A stretch of DNA of 64,000 nucleotides. It comes from an uncultured Acidobacteriota bacterium (GTDB lineage Bacteria > Acidobacteriota > Blastocatellia > RBC074). A program made the position numbers and the translations under genes. Shown piece by piece: positions 43,924 through 57,200 of this stretch. Every line of letters starts with the position of its first letter. Position 1 is the stretch's first letter. The stretch spans positions 928,001 to 992,000 of the forward strand of contig CAWCKY010000006.1 of the NCBI GenBank assembly GCA_963796275.1. The letters run 5' to 3'. A model generated the notes under the pieces. That model was not told the DNA's origin. It worked only from the letters and a program-made list of their open reading frames with translations, and ran no database searches.

Positions 43924-45588
43924 TTACTTCTTCTTATCGAGCATCGGGATTTTCAGATCGGTCTCTCGTGCCTCCTCAATCGCTCTTTCGTATCCAGCAT
44001 CGACGTGGCGTATGATGCCCATACCCGGATCGCTCGTCAGCACTCGCTGCAATCTGCGCGAAGCTCCCTCTGTCCCATCCGCCACGACGACCATTCCCGC
44101 ATGCAGCGAATATCCGATTCCCACGCCGCCGCCGTTATGGATCGAAACCCACGAAGCTCCGGCCGCGGTATTGACCAGCGCGTTCAGCAGAGGCCAGTCG
44201 GCGATGGCGTCTGATCCGTCCCGCATTGCTTCCGTTTCTCGATAAGGCGATGCGACCGAGCCGCTGTCCAGGTGATCGCGTCCAATGACGATCGGCGCCT
44301 CGATCTCGCCCTTCTTCACCAGTTCGTTGATCGCGACGCCGAATTCGGCGCGGTCGCCGTAACCTAGCCAGCAGATGCGCGCTGGCAACCCTTGAAACTT
44401 GATGCGTTCGTGGGCCAGTTTTAGCCATCGCTCGAGTACGGGATCATCCGGAAAGAGTTCCCTTGCTAGGTCATCCGTCTTGTGAATGTCGCCGGGATTC
44501 CCTGACAGAGCCACCCATCGGAAGGGGCCTCGCCCCTCGCAAAAGTACGGCCTGATGTATTCGGGCACGAAACCGGGAATCTGGAACGCATCTTCAACGC
44601 CCATCCGCTTGGCATGCGCGCGGATATTGTTGCCGTAATCGAATGTCACCGCTCCCATTCGCTTCAGCTCAAGCATCGCGCGGACGTGCTTCGCCATCGA
44701 TTCCATCGAATAATTGATATATTCGTCGGGATTTTCACGCCGCATTCGAACCGCTTCATCTAGGTTCATTCCATTCGGCACATAGCCGTTCAATGGATCA
44801 TGAGCGCTCGTCTGGTCGGTCAATACGTCGGGAACGACTGCGCGGCGGACGAGCTCCGGAAGCACATCGGCGCAATTGCCGACCAATCCGACTGAGATTG
44901 CCCTGCCTCGTCGGCGCGCATCGTTTATTTGGGCGAGCGCATCATCGAGGTCGAAGCTGATCTCATCGCAGTAGCCGGTTGTCTGCCGTTTCTCGATGCG
45001 GGTCGGGTCGACATCGATGCCGAGGAAACAGGCGCCATTCATCGTCGCGGCGAGCGGCTGCGCGCCTCCCATCCCACCCATTCCGCCGGAGACTACGAAC
45101 TTTCCCGCCAGCGAGCCGCCAAAATGTTTATTACCGGCGGCGGCGAATGTTTCGAATGTACCCTGAATTATCCCCTGGCTGCCGATGTAGATCCACGAAC
45201 CGGCCGTCATTTGGCCATACATAGTCAATCCCACTCGTTCGAGAGCATGAAACTCATTCCAGTTCGACCAGTGACCGACGAGGTTTGAATTGGCGATCAG
45301 CACGCGTGGCGCATCTTCGTGAGTTCGGAAAATACCGACCGGTTTGCCCGATTGCACGAGCAGCGTTTCATCGTTCTCGAGCGATTTCAGCGAGCGAACT
45401 ATGGCCTCGAAAGCGTCCCAGTTGCGCGCCGCCTTGCCGGTGCCTCCGTAGACTATCAACTCATCGGGTTTCTCGGCCACATCCGGGTCCAGGTTGTTCA
45501 TGAGCATCCGCATGGCGGCTTCCTGAACCCAGCCCTTGCAACTTATCTGCGTCCCGCGTGGCGCCCTCACGGTTCTTTTTTGACTCAT
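43924..45588 (-). CDS. hutU: Urocanate hydratase
   Basis: [60 protein letters not shown]. Confidence 0.97.
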   Translation of the reverse strand: MSQKRTVRAPRGTQISCKGWVQEAAMRMLMNNLDPDVAEKPDELIVYGGTGKAARNWDAFEAIVRSLKSLENDETLLVQSGKPVGIFRTHEDAPRVLIANSNLVGHWSNWNEFHALERVGLTMYGQMTAGSWIYIGSQGIIQGTFETFAAAGNKHFGGSLAGKFVVSGGMGGMGGAQPLAATMNGACFLGIDVDPTRIEKRQTTGYCDEISFDLDDALAQINDARRRGRAISVGLVGNCADVLPELVRRAVVPDVLTDQTSAHDPLNGYVPNGMNLDEAVRMRRENPDEYINYSMESMAKHVRAMLELKRMGAVTFDYGNNIRAHAKRMGVEDAFQIPGFVPEYIRPYFCEGRGPFRWVALSGNPGDIHKTDDLARELFPDDPVLERWLKLAHERIKFQGLPARICWLGYGDRAEFGVAINELVKKGEIEAPIVIGRDHLDSGSVASPYRETEAMRDGSDAIADWPLLNALVNTAAGASWVSIHNGGGVGIGYSLHAGMVVVADGTEGASRRLQRVLTSDPGMGIIRHVDAGYERAIEEARETDLKIPMLDKKK

Positions 45589-45699
45589 ATATCCCTTTTA
45601 GAAAGCAACAGGGAGTACGAAACAAACGAAAATAACCAGACAAACGAAGATTCGGGCATTATTCTATTGTTCGGTAAATCGCGATTGCTCTCATAGCTA

Positions 45700-47238
45700 T
45701 TAGATTTGATGTAACTCGCGCACCAGCGGCACGAGCGCCTCGATATAGCCGGATAGCTGCATATCGCGTTCGAGCGCGGGCACGCGTTCGCGCACTCGCC
45801 GGTAGACATCCTGCAGTTTCGGACCCGGTTTCAGAGGTTTTAAAAACTCCAGCCCCTGAGCGGCGCACATCAATTCAATTGCGAGTATCGTCTCGACGTT
45901 CCGCACAACCTGCGAGAATTTCAAGGCTGCTGTCATTCCCATCGAGACGTGGTCTTCTTTATTGGCCGATGTCGGCAGATTCGTCACTGACGCCGGATGC
46001 GCGAGCACGTTGTTTTCGGCGATCAGAGAAACCGCCGCGACCTGCGCGATCATAAAGCCGGAATTGGTGCCCGGCCGCGGCGATAAAAACGCCGGCAGAT
46101 TCGACAGGCTGGGATTGACCAGACGTTCGACCCGGCGCTCGGCAATCGTCCCGAGATCAGCTACCGCAACCGCTGCATAATCGAGCGCGAGGGCGATAGG
46201 CTCGCCATGGAAATTGCCGCCGGACAAGACCTCGCGTTCGTCGGCGAAGACCAGGGGGTTGTCCGTCGCACTGTTGATCTCGATCTCGATAATCTGCTTG
46301 GTATGAGCAATTGCATCGCGGACAGCCCCATGCACCTGCGGCATGCAGCGGAGCGCATAGGCATCCTGCAATCGAGGATCGCTTATGCGATCCCGATGCG
46401 ATTCACGTATCTCGCTCCCGACAATCAGCTCGCGCAATCTCCTCGCGCTGGCAGCCTGTCCCGCATGGGGGCGCACGGAATGTATCTTCTCATCGAAGGC
46501 AACTGGAGTGCCTTTTAAAGCCTCGAGTGTCATTAGCCCGATAACGTCGGCCGCATAAGCCAGCTTTTCGGCCGCGAGCAATGCCAATCCGCCGACCGCC
46601 GTCATCGCCTGAGTACCATTGAGCAAGGCCAGGCCTTCTTTGGCTTCCAGGATCAAAGGATCGATCCCGGCGCGGTCTAGCGCCTCGCGGCCGGTTATCC
46701 TTTCGCCCTGATAGTTCGCCTCACCCTCGCCGATGATGACCAGAGCCAGATGAGCGAGCGGCGCCAGGTCGCCCGAGGCGCCGACCGAGCCGCGAGACGG
46801 GATCACCGGATGCACTCCGGCATTCAGCATGGCAATCAAAATATCGATGGCGGCAGGACGGCAGCCGGAGTAACCTTTTGCCAGCACGTTCGCTCGGTGA
46901 AGCATAATCGACCGCACCGCCCTCTCAGGCAGGGGATCGCCGACCCCGCAGGCGTGCGAGCGAACCAGATTGAACTGCAATTCGCGCAGCTCATTGTACG
47001 GAATACTGACATCGGATAATGCGCCGAAGCCCGTGTTGATGCCATAGACTACTTCGCCGCGTTCGATTATTTCTTCCACGAAGCGACGCGATTTTTCGAC
47101 AAGTTGGCGCGCGGCGTCAGATAAAGAAGTTTCTGCGCCGTCAGCGACAGCGCCCGTCTGTGCGAGAGTGAGCGATACGCCGTCAATTTCGATCATTGTA
47201 TTTTCCCTTTGTGCTGTGTCGAATTCATTATAGCTCAT
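45700..47238 (-). CDS. hutH: Histidine ammonia-lyase
   Basis: VYGINTGFG, MIO motif SVGASGDLAPLAH, QDAYALRC.PQVHG, GGNFHG, EDHVSMG. True start may be ~47196. Confidence 0.96.
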   Translation of the reverse strand: MSYNEFDTAQRENTMIEIDGVSLTLAQTGAVADGAETSLSDAARQLVEKSRRFVEEIIERGEVVYGINTGFGALSDVSIPYNELRELQFNLVRSHACGVGDPLPERAVRSIMLHRANVLAKGYSGCRPAAIDILIAMLNAGVHPVIPSRGSVGASGDLAPLAHLALVIIGEGEANYQGERITGREALDRAGIDPLILEAKEGLALLNGTQAMTAVGGLALLAAEKLAYAADVIGLMTLEALKGTPVAFDEKIHSVRPHAGQAASARRLRELIVGSEIRESHRDRISDPRLQDAYALRCMPQVHGAVRDAIAHTKQIIEIEINSATDNPLVFADEREVLSGGNFHGEPIALALDYAAVAVADLGTIAERRVERLVNPSLSNLPAFLSPRPGTNSGFMIAQVAAVSLIAENNVLAHPASVTNLPTSANKEDHVSMGMTAALKFSQVVRNVETILAIELMCAAQGLEFLKPLKPGPKLQDVYRRVRERVPALERDMQLSGYIEALVPLVRELHQI

Positions 47239-47290
47239 CTCCTCAGCTCGATGATGGTTATTGAAAAATAGATGTACCCATGCCGTCCAT

Positions 47291-47660
47291 CGTAGGGGCG
47301 GACCTGCGTGGCATTTGTGTCAAGATAAGCCGTCAACTTCGTAACATCTGGCCACTGAGCGCCGAAGGCGCGCAATAAAATAGCCAGGGGTGGAGCGCGC
47401 CTAGCGCGTAGCCCTGGTAAGTCGCAAGTGAGACGTCAAGCCCTGTAAGGGTGGAATATTCGGTCGCTCTTACGCCCTTACAGGGCTTGACGATTCTCGA
47501 TGATGTTCCAGGGGCTACCCTTCGCTCCACCCCTGGCTGTTTTATTGGCCCCCCTTTGGGGCTTAGGAGCCAGCCTTATCCTTATCTTGACGCGCATGAC
47601 CTATGAGTCTGCCCCCTAAGCGGCGCTACCGTGGGCTCGGGATAGACACACAGGTCACTC
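47291..47660. repeat. Three-layer nested repeat: GTAGGGGC-type REP interrupted by a GTCAAGATAAG-ended shell containing a REPIN
   Basis: cgtaggggcggacctgcgtg | gcatttgtgtcaagataag ... aataaaatagccaggggtggagcg ... agccctgtaaggg / cccttacagggct ... cgctccacccctggctgttttatt ... cttatcttgacgcgcatg | gtctgcccccta. Confidence 0.8.
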
Positions 47661-47785
47661 GCGTGGTTACATTATTTTTTCAAAGACCATCATCGGGCTG
47701 AATAACTGCAGGCTCTTTGTTCAAAGAAGACTGCAGTTATAAAATCATTTCGTTCTTTTCGTATTTCTTCATTCAGAAACAACAA

Positions 47786-50150
47786 ATGCCGGTTCAAAAT
47801 TTCATATTTCTGATCGTCTGCCTGATTTTCTGGCAGCAGAACGCGGACCAGCATCTGCAACGCGCGAGCGCATTGTTCGATCAGCGAAGGTTTCCCGAAG
47901 CCGCGGAGGAAGCGCGAAAGGCCCGGGAGGCTCAATCCGAATCTGGTCGGGGCGTGGAAACTGAGGGGATTGTCGCTGCAGCTCGCCGGAGCGATTGCTG
48001 ATGCGGAACAGGAATTCTCTTTCGCGTTACAAAGGTTTCCGAAAGACGCCGATCTCTGGTTCTATCTCGCTCGCGTTCAATATTTGCAGTCATCGTTGCA
48101 ACCCGCGGAAAAATCGGCCCGCCAATCGCTCGATCTGCAACCGGACCACGCCGGCGCACATACGCAACTAGCGATGGTTTTAGAGGCTCGAACCGACTTT
48201 CCGAACGCCCTCGCCCATTACCGCCGCGGTATAGAGCTGAGCGCCGAACAGCAGCGGCCTCCGACCTTACCTCTGGTATATGCCGGCAATCTTCTGGTCA
48301 AACTCAATCGCCTCGATGAAGCGCTCGATTCTTTCACACGGGCGACCGCGCTCGATCCGAAATCGAGCGAGCTCAATCTCTCGCGCGGGCGCGTGCTCGA
48401 AAGACTCGGTCGTACCAAAGAAGCGGAAGCGGCATATCAGCAAGCCATCGCTCTCGACGGAAACAGTCAAGCCCGCGCCGCGATCGAACGATTGCGCGCC
48501 GTAGCGGGTGCGATCTCCGGCGCCGCTCGGGCCCCTCAATCGATTGCACCGATCAGATTCCGCAATATCGCTTCATCCGCGAAGCTCGATTTCACGCTGC
48601 GCAACGGCGCGACGCCGCGCAAGTATCAGGTCGAGACGATGACCGGCGGCGTGGCCGTCATCGATTTCGACAATGACGGCTGGCCGGATATCTATTTCGT
48701 CAACGGCGCCGAATTGCCCGCGATGAAGAAAACCTCGCCTCGTTATTGGAACCGTTTGTTTCGCAACGACCGCAAAGGCGGTTTCAGCGACGCGACCGAA
48801 GCGGCCGGGATCGCTGGCGAAGGCTTTTCGATGGGGGCGGCCGTCAGCGATTACGACAACGACGGCGATCAGGACATCTTCGTCGCCGGAGTCGACCGCA
48901 ATACACTCTTTCGCAACGACGGCAGAGGACGATTCGACGATGTGACTGAAAAGGCCGGATTGACGGGCGCAGATAAGCAAAGGGGCAAAATGTGGTCGGT
49001 GGCCGCCGCCTGGTTCGATTATGACAACGATGGCGACCTCGATCTATTCGTGGTCAACTACTGCAAATGGACTCCCGCTATCGATCCATACTGTGGCGCG
49101 ATGAAGGAAGGGTGGCGCACCTACTGCTTTCCGGACCGTTACGAGGGTTTGCCGAATCAACTCTTTCGCAATGACGGCGATGGCACGTTCACCGACGTTT
49201 CGGAGAACAGCGGGATCGGCAAACACATAGGTAAGGGGATGGGCCTGGCAGTTGCAGATTACGATAACGACGGCTTCGCCGATGTTTTCGTCGCCAACGA
49301 TACGCTGCCCAATTTTTTATTCAGGAATAACGGGCGCGGCGGCTTTGAAGAAGTCGCATTGCATTCGGGCGTGGCAGTCAATGATAGCGGGAGACCGGTG
49401 TCGAGCATGGGCGTCGATTTTCGCGATTACGACAACGACGGATTGCCTGATCTGGTCGTATCGGCGCTCGAAGGCGAAACCTATCCGCTCTTTCATAATC
49501 TCGGCAAAGGATTCTTCTCCGATGTCACGTGGCAGAGCGGTTTGGGAGCGGAGACGGTCAAACGCAGCGGGTGGGGCCTGGGCCTGGTCGATTTCAACAA
49601 CGACGGATTCAAGGATTTGTTCACTGCGAACGCACACGTCAATGACAACATCGAGCTGTACAACAATCAGACCTATCGCCAGACGAACAGTATCCTGGCC
49701 AACCTCGGTAACGGCATGTTTCAGGACGTATCGCGTCTCGCCGGCGCTGATTTCGAGAGTAAGCGCGCGCATCGCGGCTGTGCGTTCGCAGATTTTGATA
49801 ACGATGGGCGCATCGATGTTGTGACGACCTCGTTGAACGAGCCGGCCGAGCTTCTCCGCAATGAATCGGAGAATGATCATCACTGGCTGGCATTGCGACT
49901 GATCGGAGTGAAGAGCAATCGTGACGGCATCGGAGCGAAGATCAAACTGACGGCGGGCTCGGGCGCGGTGCAATTCAATCAGGTGACGACCAGTGTCGGT
50001 TATGCTTCGTCAAGCGAGCGGCGCGTGCATTTCGGCTTGGGGCGAGAGGCGAAGGTGAAGAGCATCGAGATTCGCTGGCCGAGCGGCAGGGTGCAGGTGT
50101 TGAAGGATGTCGAAGTCGATCGTGTGCTGGCGATAAAAGAGGATGGATGA
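47786..50150 (+). CDS. Exported TPR + FG-GAP/CRTAC1 (ASPIC/UnbV) protein, apparent +1 frameshift near 47929
   Basis: The signal peptide and first TPR are in one frame, LNPNLVGAWKLRGLSLQL onward in another. Multiple DxDNDGxxD FG-GAP motifs; SNRDGIGA..VHFGLG..IRWPSG ASPIC C-terminus. Confidence 0.85.
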
Positions 50151-50258
50151 TACCTAAAAAGATTCACCACAAAGACCACAAAAAGGACAAAAAACATAAA
50201 GAGAAGCGATCTGCCTTGTGTCCTCTTTGTGATTCTCTGCGGTGAATTCAGTTCAACC

Positions 50259-53200
50259 TTACCAGGTGAACTTCATAGCTAACTGGATGTGTCGCGGATA
50301 AGCTACTTCAGTATCACCCGCAAGGCGCGGGAAGAGACTGCCGAAGTTGCGGTCATCCAGGTTGCCGTTGAACGGCTGGACGCGGTAGGCGTACGTGTTC
50401 GTGAAGTTGAACATCTCAACGCGAAACTGCAGCTTCAACCGCTCGGTGATGTTCGTCATCTTATTGAACGAGACATCGAAGATCGGCGGCGAATAGAGCC
50501 GGATCGACGAAGACCGGTACGACGTGTTGCGGGGTGCGTACTGCGGCGCCTTCAGAAAGTCATAATTGGTCGGACTGCAGTTCTGTAGCCCCTTACTGAA
50601 TGATTGCAATTGAGGAGCTCCCGAATCATCTATGAAGGCGACGCAGGGAGCAGCCGTTGTAGTGATAGGCGTGCCATCGGCGTTCCTCTGATTGGGATCG
50701 GAAGCATGCAGCCTGGCGAGCCATACCTGGTCGGAGCCCTTCCATTTGATGTCTTTGTTTATCGCATCGGGATTCATATAAATCATGTCACCGGGTAGAT
50801 ATCCAGGGACGTCCTGACTGAATCTGAGCGATCATCGTCGCTTCCCATCCGCTCACCAGACGGCCGAAGAAGCCGTGTTTCAGGTTGAACAGTTTTTTGC
50901 CCTGGCCGAACGGCAACTGGTAGACCATCCCCGCCGTGAATCGATGCGGGCGATCAGCCCAGTATAATCCGCGCTGATGATCCCTTTCTGTAAATCGTTC
51001 CAACCCCAGGCCTCGATCTGCTTCGAGAACGTGTAGGTCGCGACCAGGTTCATCCCGCTCCGGGCGCGCTTCTCGAAGAGACCTGCAACGAATCATAGTT
51101 GATGCTGCCATCGTTGCGCGCGACCTCGGTGAGACCGCCGAATGCCGGATACGGGCGCGATAGGTCCCAACGAGAGATAGTGTCGGAGTAGTAACGGCCT
51201 GTCAGTGCGTACGGCGCGAGACCCCTGAATGGGTTGGGCAGCGCTTCGTTACAGTAACCCGGACTGCCGCCTTCGAGGGGGTTGCACCTCTGTCGCATCG
51301 CCAGATCGGGCTCGTTGAATGGACGGTCGGTTTGCAGTTTCTTCGTGCGGTTGCCTACATACGACAACTCTATTTTCGCCTCCCACGGCAGTTGATACTG
51401 GAAGCCGAGCGAGAACTGATGCACATAAGGCACCGAGAAGTTCGGGTTGACGAAGTTGAATCCCCGGCCGACGAAAGTCTCCGCTCCGCCGGCGCTGCCT
51501 TGCGGGATCGCGAAGCCGTCCGGGAACGGGCTGCTGAGCACGCCCTCGATCGGCGTTCGGCCGCCATTGAGCGAGTTGATGACGCCGGTCGAGACCGCGA
51601 ACCCGGCGAACTGCAGATACTCATTGCCGGGATTGACGTAATAGAGACCCCAGCCTCCGCGCATTACCAGCCTTTCCTGCAGCAGGTAAGCGAAGCCGAT
51701 GCGCGGCTGGATATTGTTATAGTCGATGTTGGCGGGGATACGCGAAAGGCCATTGACGCCCGCGAACATCAAACCGCCTTTCAACTGCGGCACATTGGGA
51801 AATTGAGTGCGATCGATGAGGCTGTCGACAGGATTGATCACATTCGGGTCAAATCCGTGATTGAGCCGGTCATAACGCTCCTTCGGCGGCGTATTGATAT
51901 CCCAGCGCGCGCCCAGATTGAGCGTTAACTTGGGACTCACCTTCCAGTCGTTCTGGAACCATGGCGCATAATAGTTCCCGAGCGTGGTGAAGAAGAGGTT
52001 GTAATCGATGTTGCCGCCCACATAACCGAGCATGAATGACGCGAGGCCGTTGCCGCTGAGATCGTCCCCCTGATCCCAGCGCTGCTGGGTGAACCCGCGA
52101 TTTGCAGCCAGGCGGAATACGTTACCCTGATTCTTGTCGATGTACTGCACCCAGCGCATATCTACGCCGCCGCGCCAGGTCTGCGATCCGCGAATCCAGG
52201 TGAAGGTCGGGTGCATAGCCACCGTGTTCGTGACGTTGGAACCGGCATACCGGCCGAGACCCGGATAGCCCTCGATCTCGTAACGCCCGAACCTAGGCTC
52301 GAATGGAAGCGAATTGACCAGTTCTGGACTGAATCCGAGCGTCGTCATATCAAATCCCAAATTGCCGGTTCCATTACCTTCTTCGATGAAACGGTTGAAG
52401 GAGGTGCGGAAGTTGAAGATGAAGGTCGGCGAGAATGTGGCCAGATGGTCCAGCACGAACGCATCGTTGATGCGCTTGAACGGATGCTGGCCGTCCTGCC
52501 CGAAGCCTGTCGGAATACCGTTGACGTTGCGGTCCTCCGTCCGGTCATTATTGGCCCAGCGAATATAGGACCGGTGTCTCTCGTTGAATTGATGGTCGAT
52601 CTTGATGACGTAGTTGTAGAAGGCGTCTGTCGCAAGGTTCGGTGCGTAGAAGAAATTGTTGCGCCCATAAGCCGCCGCCGGATCGACAGAGTTCGGTTTT
52701 GGATAGAAACCGAGAATCCTCTGCGCGATGGGATTGATCCGATCTCCGGGAATCTTGTTGCATGCCGTATAACCTTGGAATGCAGGATCAGAAAGGTTGA
52801 CGCCGCCAATTGGGTTGCCCGACGGATCGCACGCGAACGGGTACCGCCTCCAGCCTCCCGGCACACTCGAATCGGCGAAACCTGACCTCGGGTCATAGAT
52901 AGTGATTTTTTGACCCGCGGCATCCGCCAGCCCGCTGAAATCCCCGTTCATCATCTCCGGCGCCGGCACCGATAGCGTCAACGGCTGCGGCACGCCCTCG
53001 CGATAACCCTCGTAGTTGACCATGAAGAATGTCTTGTCCCGCCCATTAAAGAGCCCCGGGATGTATACCGGACCTTCGAGCTGCCAGCCATACTGGTCGA
53101 GATAGTGGGCTGCCTTATCCGCGCCCCTTGCCTTCAGGCGGAAATCGGTCGCGTCGAGCCATTGGCGGCGCATGAATTCGTATACCGCACCGTGAAATGC

Positions 53201-53966
53201 ATTGGTTCCGCTGCGTAGATTGACGTTGATGATGCCGCCCGTGGTTTTGCCGTACTGGGCATCATAGGTGTTGGTCATGATCTTGAAGTCCTGCACCGAA
53301 TCGACCGGGGGAACGTAGGCGATGTTGTTGCCGCCCGCCTGCCCGTTGTTGGGCGCTCCGTCGAGCAGGAATTCATTGCCGCGCGACTGGCTGCCGTTGA
53401 TCGTCCATTCGGCGATCGCGCCGTTGTCGAAGGGACGCTGCCAGATGGACGCGCCGTTGAAGTTCACGCCCGGCAGTCAGGATGCCGAGCATAAAGGGAT
53501 TGCGCGCATTGAGGGGCAATTCGATGACGCGCTGGCGATCAATCACGCCGCCGCGGTCGGCGGTCGCCGATTCGAGCAGCGGGGTTTCGCCCTGAATCGT
53601 CACCTGTTCATCGATGCTTCCGGGCTCGAGCGCAACATCGATCGTGGCGACCTGTTTGATCACGAGCTCGACGTTTTCGCGCACGGCTTTCTTGAATCCG
53701 GTCGCTTCTACCGAGACCGAGTAGAGGCCGGGACGGAGCAGGGGTGCCCTGAAGTTGCCCTCATTGTTGGTGGTAGCGGTCGTCGTTTCATTGGTGCCGA
53801 TGTTCTTCACCGTCACCTGAGCGTTCGGAATGGCCGCCTTATTTGTATCGGTGACGCGGCCGGTGATGGTTGCTCGAAAATCTTGCGCTGCTGATGCCAT
53901 CGTTAGCAATAACGGCAGCGATAGGGAGACAAGTAGAGTAATCAATGTGCGAGGTGCTCTGCCCAT
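50259..53966 (-). pseudogene. Oar-type TonB-dependent receptor with N-terminal carboxypeptidase-regulatory domain, broken by about 4 single-base indels
   Basis: Pieces align to the intact paralogue 59995-63666. Frame breaks near 53470, 51078, 50976 and 50791; ends YPRHIQLAMKFTW. Confidence 0.85.
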
Positions 53967-54192
53967 ATGATCTCCTGCCCGCTCCGATCTAACCGGATTA
54001 CGGGCGATAGTTGAATTGTTTTGCATACGGCGAACAGACGACGTTCGCCACCGTGAAAATGCGAATGTAGATTGCTAAGGGGGAGGGAACTGACTCGTTA
54101 CCGCTGCTCAATATACCCGCCCAAACGCAAAGAGATTATCCAGTTCACTGTTTAGATGGTCAAGCCGTTTGCGCCACATTGGTTTGACCTCT

Positions 54193-54276
54193 CCTGGGTA
54201 CGCACGCTTCCAGCGTGCCGGGATCCATCCATGGTCCGCTGCGAAACACAGCAGGCTGGAAGCGTGCGTACCCAGG
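54193..54276. repeat. REP-like doublet / strong hairpin just after the middle receptor gene
   Basis: cctgggtacgcacgcttccagc ... gctggaagcgtgcgtacccagg, a 22-bp perfect IR. Confidence 0.85.
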
Positions 54277-54284
54277 CGGTGAGA

Positions 54285-57200
54285 TCAGAAGAGGAACTTC
54301 AGCCCGAGCTGCCAGAAGCGCGGGAAGTTAGACTGTCTGATGTTGTTTTTGTTGATACCGCCGAAATCAGAATTGGTCGGATCAAGAATAAAAGCTCGTT
54401 CGTCATACTGTGGAGTATTGAAAAGATTATAGGCTTCGCCGCGCAATTGAATAGCCATTCTTTCATTGATGCGGAAGCGTTTGGAGAAATTGATGTCGAA
54501 TTGTTTGTACGAGGGCCGCCGCACGGTTTCAGAGCGATTCGGGGTGAGCCGGGTCGTGAATGGTTCACGGATGATAAACGACGGGGCTGTACATCCATAT
54601 TGTACGGAGTATGGCAGCAATTCCGGAACAAGTGCTCCCTGATCATTTCTACTATATTGCGCGACACAGGGTTTGACTCCCTGTATCCACTCCGCGCCGC
54701 CGACGAACCGCTTCTGCTCAACGTCGGCGTAGTTGGGATCGACTATGTCAACGTTGCCGGGAAGCTGCCAGGGGCGGCCTGAGTTGAAGAGGTACAAGCC
54801 CGCGGCTTCCCAACCGCCCAGCAGCAGATTGGTAAGTCCACCGGCATTCGATAGGAACCTTTTGCCTTTCCCGAACGGCAATTCCCAAACGCTCGAAATC
54901 GTGATGCGATGTGGGCGGTCAGCGAAGGCCAGGCCGCGGGCTTTGATTCCCGCGACATCGTCGATGTAAGAAACCGTGTTGTCCTGCTGCCCTGGCTGCT
55001 GAATCGCTTCTTCGATGGTCTTCGAGAAGGTGTAGGTGCTGTTGATCGATATTCCGCTCGCCATCCGTTTGTTGGCCGAAACCTGGAGCGAGTTGTACCA
55101 GACGCGGCCGTCATTCCGCTCAAATTCAGTGATGGCGCCGAACTGCGGGAATGGACGGCTCAACTCATAGCGGCTGAGTTGCGGGCTGGTGAACCGATCC
55201 GTACCCTCAAAACCCGGAACCTCGAAGAAGGGGTTCGGTAACAACGCATTGCAGATGCCGATGTCGCCACCTTTCGTGACGTCGCATTGATTACGGAATG
55301 CAAGACTAGGTTCGTTGATACCAGAGAAGCGGGACTGAGCATCGCGAGCGCGGCTCCCGACATAGCTGATCTCTGCCGCGATGTTCCATGGAAGTTGCCG
55401 CTGTATCCCCAGCGAGAAATTATCTACGTAGGGAACTTTGAAATCTGGATTGGAGTAGTTGAAAGAGCGTCCGAGAAACGTCTCCAATCCGAGACTCGCG
55501 CCCGCCGGTTGAGCGACGCCGTTCGGGAATGGGTTGCTGAAGCTAAGCAGAGATGTGCGGTTTTCGTTAATCGATGCAACGAACGGAGTCTGCACGCTGA
55601 AGCCGTTGGTTGGGTAACCGGGGTCGCCGACAGGGTTGACGAAGTAACGACCGAACCCCGCGCGTATTACCGTCTTTTCGTTCAACGAATATGCGATCCC
55701 GATGCGCGGCTGGATGTTATTGAGATCGCTCCTGACCGGTGTATTCGGATTGTTTCCGCCGGCAAATCCGAGTCCTCCAAATACCTGCGTCGCCCCGTTG
55801 AGCAGGTTCGAGCTATTAATGCGCGCGCTGATCGGGTTGATCGCTGTGGGATCGAAGCCGAAGTTGAGACGGTTATATCGCTCGACCGCGGGAAGGTTGA
55901 GGTCGTACCTCAATCCGAGATTGAGCGTCAGCCTGCGCGTAATTTTCCAGTCATCCTGAACCCACGGCGCATAGTATTTGTACATGTAGATCGGGAAGAC
56001 GTTGACATCTACGAAGCTCATTTGATTTCTCGCGCTGTTTAAACCCGTAGGCGCACCCAGCAGGAGCGCTGCCAGCGAACTCCCGCTTAACGCATCGGGG
56101 CGAGTGAAATTTTCTCCAGTGAAGGTGCGGTCGAAACTGAAAACCATCCCCGCGTTCCCGCTGGTTTGGCGGGCGTATTGCGTATATCGCATATCCAGGC
56201 CGAAGCGGATGCTATGCGAACCCTTGATGACCGACAGGTTCGGCTGGAAACTGAAGACGTTGGTCGGCTCATTGCTGAAGGTGCCCCGGCCGAGCTGGAT
56301 AGTCTCCACATCCGTCCCTGTACTATAGAGATTGATGCGTGGGAACATCCTGGTCGGCAACTGACCTGATAGCGACGAAGGGAAACCGAGTTGCGTGGCA
56401 TCGAAGTCAAGCCCCGGTTCGGATCTGGCCGCCTCGATGTAGCGATTAGCGGATGCGCGCACGTTCAACACCAGATTGCCGTTGAAAGTATGCACCCAAT
56501 CGGCGACGCCGGCGTAGTTGAAGCGTTCGAGCGGCAATTGTCCGTCCTGAGCAGGTCCGGAGGTGATGGCATTTGTCCATCGAATCTCCTTGCGGAGATT
56601 GTATCCATAACGGAAGAAGACCCTGTCATTTGTGCCGATGACCTGATCGATCTTGAAGAGCCAGTTTTTGAACTCGTCATTGGCGATGTTGGGAATGTCG
56701 GCGTAGTTGTTGCGCCAGGGTTCACCCCCTGGCGTTGACGTGTTCGGTCTGGGATATAAGGCCAGGAGGTTCTTCGCCACCGGATTGATCCGGTCCGGAC
56801 AGATGACGTTTAAGACGCCTTCGCACTGGATTTGATTGCGGACCCACCGATCGCCATCCGGCTGGCCTGTGGCCGGATCGTATATCGGGATGACCTGGCC
56901 CGTGCTGTTCTTGTATTCCCTGAAATCGCCCTGAATGAAGGCATCAGTCGGCACGGTGATAACCTGCGGATTCGGAGTGCCTTCCCGGTAGCCCTCGTAG
57001 TTAAAGAGGAAGAACGATTTGTCACGCCCGTCATAGCCCGCCGGACCGAAGACCTTCTTGGGCAGCCATATCGGCCCACCGATCACTCCACCATACTGAT
57101 CGAGGTAGTGTTCGGCTTTTACCAAATCGCCCGAAGCGGTTCTAAAGCGGCCGGCCGGTATGCCGCGCGCGTTGGAGAAGAGATAGTTCGAGTCCAACCA

